From NCBI GenBank assembly GCA_045803545.1, contig JBJMOW010000004.1, positions 128,001 to 192,000 of the forward strand: a stretch of 64,000 nt of DNA, read 5' to 3'. This document shows, piece by piece, positions 60,278 through 64,000 of this stretch. The position numbers were made by a program, and so were the translations under genes. Origin of the DNA: Gemmatimonadaceae bacterium (lineage in GTDB: Bacteria > Gemmatimonadota > Gemmatimonadetes > Gemmatimonadales > Gemmatimonadaceae). Under the pieces are notes generated by a model that worked only from the letters and a program-made list of their open reading frames with translations, did not search any database and had not been told where the DNA came from. Position 1 is the first letter of the stretch. Every line of letters starts with the position of its first letter.

Positions 60278-61630
60278 TTGCTTCGAGTTATTCTAACCGC
60301 CCTGACGGTAACCCGTGCTGGCGATGGCCTGCCCATCAAGGCACCGACCGATGTCGGCATGTCCAGCACTCGGTTGGCCGCTATCGAGCGTGTCATCCAA
60401 CGGGGGATCAAGGCGGGCGGTTACCCAGGTGCGGCGGTAGTTGTGGGACGAAAGGGAGCTGCGGTCTACGAGAAGGGGTTTGGGAAGCTGTCCTGGAGTG
60501 AAAGCAGCATCCCCGTCGACGCTCAGCACACCATTTACGACATCGCGTCTCTAAGCAAGGTGGTCGGAACCACGACCGCGATCATGATTCTCTTCGATGA
60601 GAAAAAGATCGGCCTGGACGACCCGGTCGTGAACTACATCCCGACTTTTGGCGGTGGGGATAAGGACAAAGTCACCATCCGTATGCTGCTCACGCATACA
60701 TCAGGTTTGCCGGCTGGACGCGACATATGGCGCATTGCCCAGACTCCGCTCGAGGCCCGCGCCCTGGTCCTGAACACCCCCCTCGAAGGTCGGCCGGGCA
60801 TGCAGTACATCTACTCCGACCTTGGGGCCGATGTCCTCGGCATGCTGGTCGAAGTCGTCGCTGGTGAGCCGCTCGACAAGTTCCTGACCCGCCGTGTTTT
60901 CGAGCCGTTGGGCATGAACGAGACGATGTACCGGCCCGCTGATTCGCTTAAGTACCGGATCGCCCCAACCGAAGTGACGCCGCCTCGCGGATATCCTCTC
61001 CGCGGTGAGGTTCATGACGAGAACGCTTACGCATTGGGTGGCGTCGCAGGTCACGCCGGTCTATTCAGCACCGCGGCCGATCTCTCGGTCTTCGCGCAGA
61101 TGATGCTCAACGGCGGTGAGTACAACGGCGTCCAGATCATCAGCAAGCCGACGGTGGACCTATTCACCACCCGCGCTTTCGGTCATCGCGCACTCGGTTG
61201 GGACACCGCCGAGGGCGATTATGGATCTGGCCGTTACCTCGGCCCGACCGCCTACGGACACACTGGCTTCACCGGAACGTCGATGTGGATCGACCCTGAG
61301 CGCGAGATGTTCGTGATTCTGTTGACGAACCGCGTCCACGCTGCCCGTGCGCTGCGTCCGGCCAAGGTTATCTCGGATGTCCGCGCCGACCTTTCCGACG
61401 CCGCGGTGCTATCGGTTGTCGACGGACCGAAAGTCGCGGCCTCACGCGGTTTCCGCGCCGATCGCGAAGTGGGCTGGAACCCACCGCCGCCGCGCGCTTC
61501 GAGACGCCGTCATTCATCGTCGAAGCATCACACGATCGCCAGCGCCACTTCTCGCGGCCGCAGCTCAGCGAAGAAATCGAGCTCGACCAGGAAGTCTACC
61601 GCCAAAAAGAGCACCACCAAAAAGAGATAA
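60278..61630 (+). CDS. Serine hydrolase, beta-lactamase/class C PBP-like, with a basic C-terminal tail
   Basis: SLSK, LLTHTSG, YSD, GEVHDENA, GHAGLF and GHTG; Lys/Arg/Ser-rich tail. Confidence 0.92.
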   Translation: MLRVILTALTVTRAGDGLPIKAPTDVGMSSTRLAAIERVIQRGIKAGGYPGAAVVVGRKGAAVYEKGFGKLSWSESSIPVDAQHTIYDIASLSKVVGTTTAIMILFDEKKIGLDDPVVNYIPTFGGGDKDKVTIRMLLTHTSGLPAGRDIWRIAQTPLEARALVLNTPLEGRPGMQYIYSDLGADVLGMLVEVVAGEPLDKFLTRRVFEPLGMNETMYRPADSLKYRIAPTEVTPPRGYPLRGEVHDENAYALGGVAGHAGLFSTAADLSVFAQMMLNGGEYNGVQIISKPTVDLFTTRAFGHRALGWDTAEGDYGSGRYLGPTAYGHTGFTGTSMWIDPEREMFVILLTNRVHAARALRPAKVISDVRADLSDAAVLSVVDGPKVAASRGFRADREVGWNPPPPRASRRRHSSSKHHTIASATSRGRSSAKKSSSTRKSTAKKSTTKKR

Positions 61631-61672
61631 AGATCTCTGCGATCTCCGAGATCAACGCGACACTGCTAGTAG

Positions 61673-61698
61673 AAGGGCGCCCCAATCGGGGCGCCCTT
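61673..61698 (+). terminator. Probable terminator hairpin
   Basis: AAGGGCGCCCC-AATC-GGGGCGCCCTT; the U tail is weak. Confidence 0.6.
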
Positions 61699-61737
61699 AC
61701 TTGTATACGCGGCTGTCATTTGGCGATTATTCGTTAA

Positions 61738-62094
61738 ATGACAGAGGAATCAAACCCTATCCAGACTCCTGTCGACGCCGCCCCGACCACTTCCGGCGCC
61801 GTCAGCGAAGATCAGGTGAAGCTCGCGCTGCGGCGAGTGAAAGATCCTGATCTGCAGCTCAACATCATTGACCTGGGCCTCGTTTACAACATCGCCGTCG
61901 ACGGCACGACGGTTAAGGTGGACATGACCCTGACTTCACCCGCGTGTCCATCCGGACCGGAGTTGATGACCAACGCCGAGAAGGAAGTGATGGCGCTGCC
62001 CGGGGTGGAGAAGGTGGAGGTGAATCTGGTGTGGATGCCTTTCTGGACGCCCGAGAAGATGGAGCCGCGCGTCCGAGCCTATCTCGGCTTTTGA
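61738..62094 (+). CDS. DUF59/SufT metal-sulfur cluster assembly factor
   Basis: DPDLQLNIIDLGLVY, MTLTSPACP and WTPEKM. Confidence 0.93.
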   Translation: MTEESNPIQTPVDAAPTTSGAVSEDQVKLALRRVKDPDLQLNIIDLGLVYNIAVDGTTVKVDMTLTSPACPSGPELMTNAEKEVMALPGVEKVEVNLVWMPFWTPEKMEPRVRAYLGF

Positions 62095-62999
62095 TATCAG
62101 CACTCGCTGAAAAACTCCGGCGAGCGCGTAGCGGGTACACACTTCTAGTCATCGCCACCTGCGTTACGAGCGTCGGTTGCGCGAGCACTCCTTCAGGCGC
62201 CAGGAAAACTGCGTCGAACTCGAAGCCGGGCATCGGCTGTCTCGACACCCTGCACGCGGCCGACTCCATGATGACCGTCATCAAGTTGAGCGTCGCTCCA
62301 CAAGACACCACCGAGAAGTTGCAGAGCGATTTCGAGGCGTTCTTCGCGCAGGAGTTTCGCCGCCGGTTTCGGGCGCCGCGGAACTTGCCGCTGAGCGTGG
62401 TGATGGGCGCGCCGCCTTGCGATTCTGCAGGCGCTCGTTGCGTTGGTGGCTACCTCGATGTGAATGCAGTCGCATACCTGACCGCCCATTACGATGGCAA
62501 GCTGTCGGATATTCAGGTCGTCGACGCGACGCTCACCCCCGATCTCGCGGACAGCGTGCGGAGCGCTCTGCAGACGATGAGTCACCAAGGCCTTGGCCCG
62601 ACGATGGATGCCGATACCATGGCATTGATCGTTCGCCTCGAGGGAGACCCCAATCCCGACACCGTTCCCGAAATCCGGCACGTGTTCCTGGCCAAGGTGC
62701 CTCATTACAACCTTCCATTTAGGTATGCGTCGATGCCCGCGTCTGGTGTCGAGCCGCGGTATCCCTTCGCGGCTCGCCTGGCGGGAGTCGGGGACAGCGT
62801 CGCCATCGCATTCACTGTCGATGCGGAAGGCAGAATCGCGCCTGAGTCACTCGAGTTAATGCGGGCCAGTTATGGGGATTTCGTCGCCTCGGTCGTGAAT
62901 GCCCTCCAACGGACACGCTACCATCCGGCACGGCTCGGGGATTGCCCCGTCAGTACACGAATGAGTCAACGTTTTCTTTTCGACGTTCCGAAAGAATGA
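62091..62999 (+). CDS. TonB C-terminal domain-containing protein, possible lipoprotein
   Basis: PRYPFAARLAG...FTVDAEGR...RYHPA TonB_C pattern; hydrophobic N-segment ending SVGC; probable TTG start overlapping the upstream stop. Confidence 0.75.
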   Translation: MISALAEKLRRARSGYTLLVIATCVTSVGCASTPSGARKTASNSKPGIGCLDTLHAADSMMTVIKLSVAPQDTTEKLQSDFEAFFAQEFRRRFRAPRNLPLSVVMGAPPCDSAGARCVGGYLDVNAVAYLTAHYDGKLSDIQVVDATLTPDLADSVRSALQTMSHQGLGPTMDADTMALIVRLEGDPNPDTVPEIRHVFLAKVPHYNLPFRYASMPASGVEPRYPFAARLAGVGDSVAIAFTVDAEGRIAPESLELMRASYGDFVASVVNALQRTRYHPARLGDCPVSTRMSQRFLFDVPKE

Positions 63000-63027
63000 A
63001 TCCGCTCCGCACACTAGCAACGCGCGC

Positions 63028-64000
63028 TCAGGCCGCAGCGGATTTTAGTGCGTTCAGAAAATCCGCTCCCATTTCCTCGATCTGCCATCGCCTGAGGCCT
63101 GGCACTTTCTCCAGATCTTCGAGCGTCTTGGCTCCGCTTCGCGCAACATTCTCCAGTCTTTCCCTGGAGCAGAGCACGCCAGGGTCGAGCTCGAGTCGAC
63201 TCGCAGCCGCGTCGCGTACCGCCTTCAGTCGCCCCACTCGATCATCGAAATCTCGATCCTTGTTCCAGCGCTGACCACGCGGGAATTTCGGCAGCTCCGC
63301 TTCTGGCGCCTCGAGGCCGCGACGAATCGCCGCGACCAGATCGGACCCGCCACGCTCCACCATTCCCCTCGGCATGCCTTTGATCGACGACAGCTCGGTG
63401 GCATTGCGCGGCGCCTTGCGCGCCAGGTCGAACAGCACCTCATTGCCCATCACGCGGAAGGTTGCCCGATCGAGTTGCTCCGCCGTCTTGTCTCGCCACG
63501 TCGCCACCTCGCGCAACACCGCCAGCTCTCGGCGTGTGAGATCGCGCGCTCCCTTCAGGCGGAGAAATCCCTCCATCTCTTCTTCGGCTTCCCAGCGTGT
63601 TCCCTCCAGGCGCGCGAATTCTTCCTGCGCCCAGTGCCAGCGTCCGCGACGCTGTAGCTCGCTCTTCATCTGATCACGTAACTGTAGCAAATACCGCGTG
63701 TCCTGTGCGGCGTACTCCAGCATGTCGTGCGGCAGCGGCCGCATCGACCAGTCGGCGCGCTGGTGTTTCTTGTCGAGCTTAACATCGAAGAACTGCTCGA
63801 GCAGCGCCGCCAGCCCGAAAGACTTGATGCCGAGCAGCTGCGCAGCGACGCGAGTGTCGAAGATGGTGGTGACGTGCCAACCGTAATCCTGATGCAGCAG
63901 TCTCAGATCATAATCAGCGTCGTGAAAAACGACTTCGATCGCGTTGTTCTGCAGCAGCTCCCCCAGCTTCGGTAGCGATCCGATCGGAAGCGGATCGATG
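63028..64000 (-). CDS. rnd: Ribonuclease D (5' end outside the window)
   Basis: The frame extends upstream of the track ORF: FHDADYDL, FDTRVAAQLLG, QRADWSMRPL and YAAQD; HRDC domains follow. Confidence 0.93.
   Translation of the reverse strand, partial: IDPLPIGSLPKLGELLQNNAIEVVFHDADYDLRLLHQDYGWHVTTIFDTRVAAQLLGIKSFGLAALLEQFFDVKLDKKHQRADWSMRPLPHDMLEYAAQDTRYLLQLRDQMKSELQRRGRWHWAQEEFARLEGTRWEAEEEMEGFLRLKGARDLTRRELAVLREVATWRDKTAEQLDRATFRVMGNEVLFDLARKAPRNATELSSIKGMPRGMVERGGSDLVAAIRRGLEAPEAELPKFPRGQRWNKDRDFDDRVGRLKAVRDAAASRLELDPGVLCSRERLENVARSGAKTLEDLEKVPGLRRWQIEEMGADFLNALKSAAA

Overview
A GC-rich, gene-dense bacterial chromosomal segment. Gene content and the style of the secreted hypotheticals suggest Gemmatimonadota (inference). 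It holds about 55 mostly housekeeping or envelope CDSs, including pfkA, an M1 aminopeptidase, a DEAD-box helicase, lon, PBP1A, nadE, a fused E1 alpha/beta, rsgA, fadI/fadJ, ada, glpD, folE, greA, queG, larC-larE-larB, an ECF sigma operon and a partial rnd. I saw no rRNA, tRNA, CRISPR array or transposase. The main hidden feature, missing from the ORF track, is a 75-aa SelW/SelT/SelH (Rdx-family) selenoprotein gene at 2481-2708 (-). It has a CxxU motif, an in-frame UGA and a bSECIS-like hairpin, and it is packed between the aminopeptidase and pfkA. Other notable signals: a symmetric, overlapping pair of ECF-type promoters; two long intergenic hairpins with 7-nt periodicity; a sigma54/IHF/enhancer-like promoter; an Ada box; a nickel-pincer cofactor operon with no adjacent larA; two paralogous cupredoxin lipoproteins sharing leader motifs; a ~79% Gly/Ser protein; and an MFS-MarR fusion. 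All product calls come from motif recognition by eye; no database searches were run.
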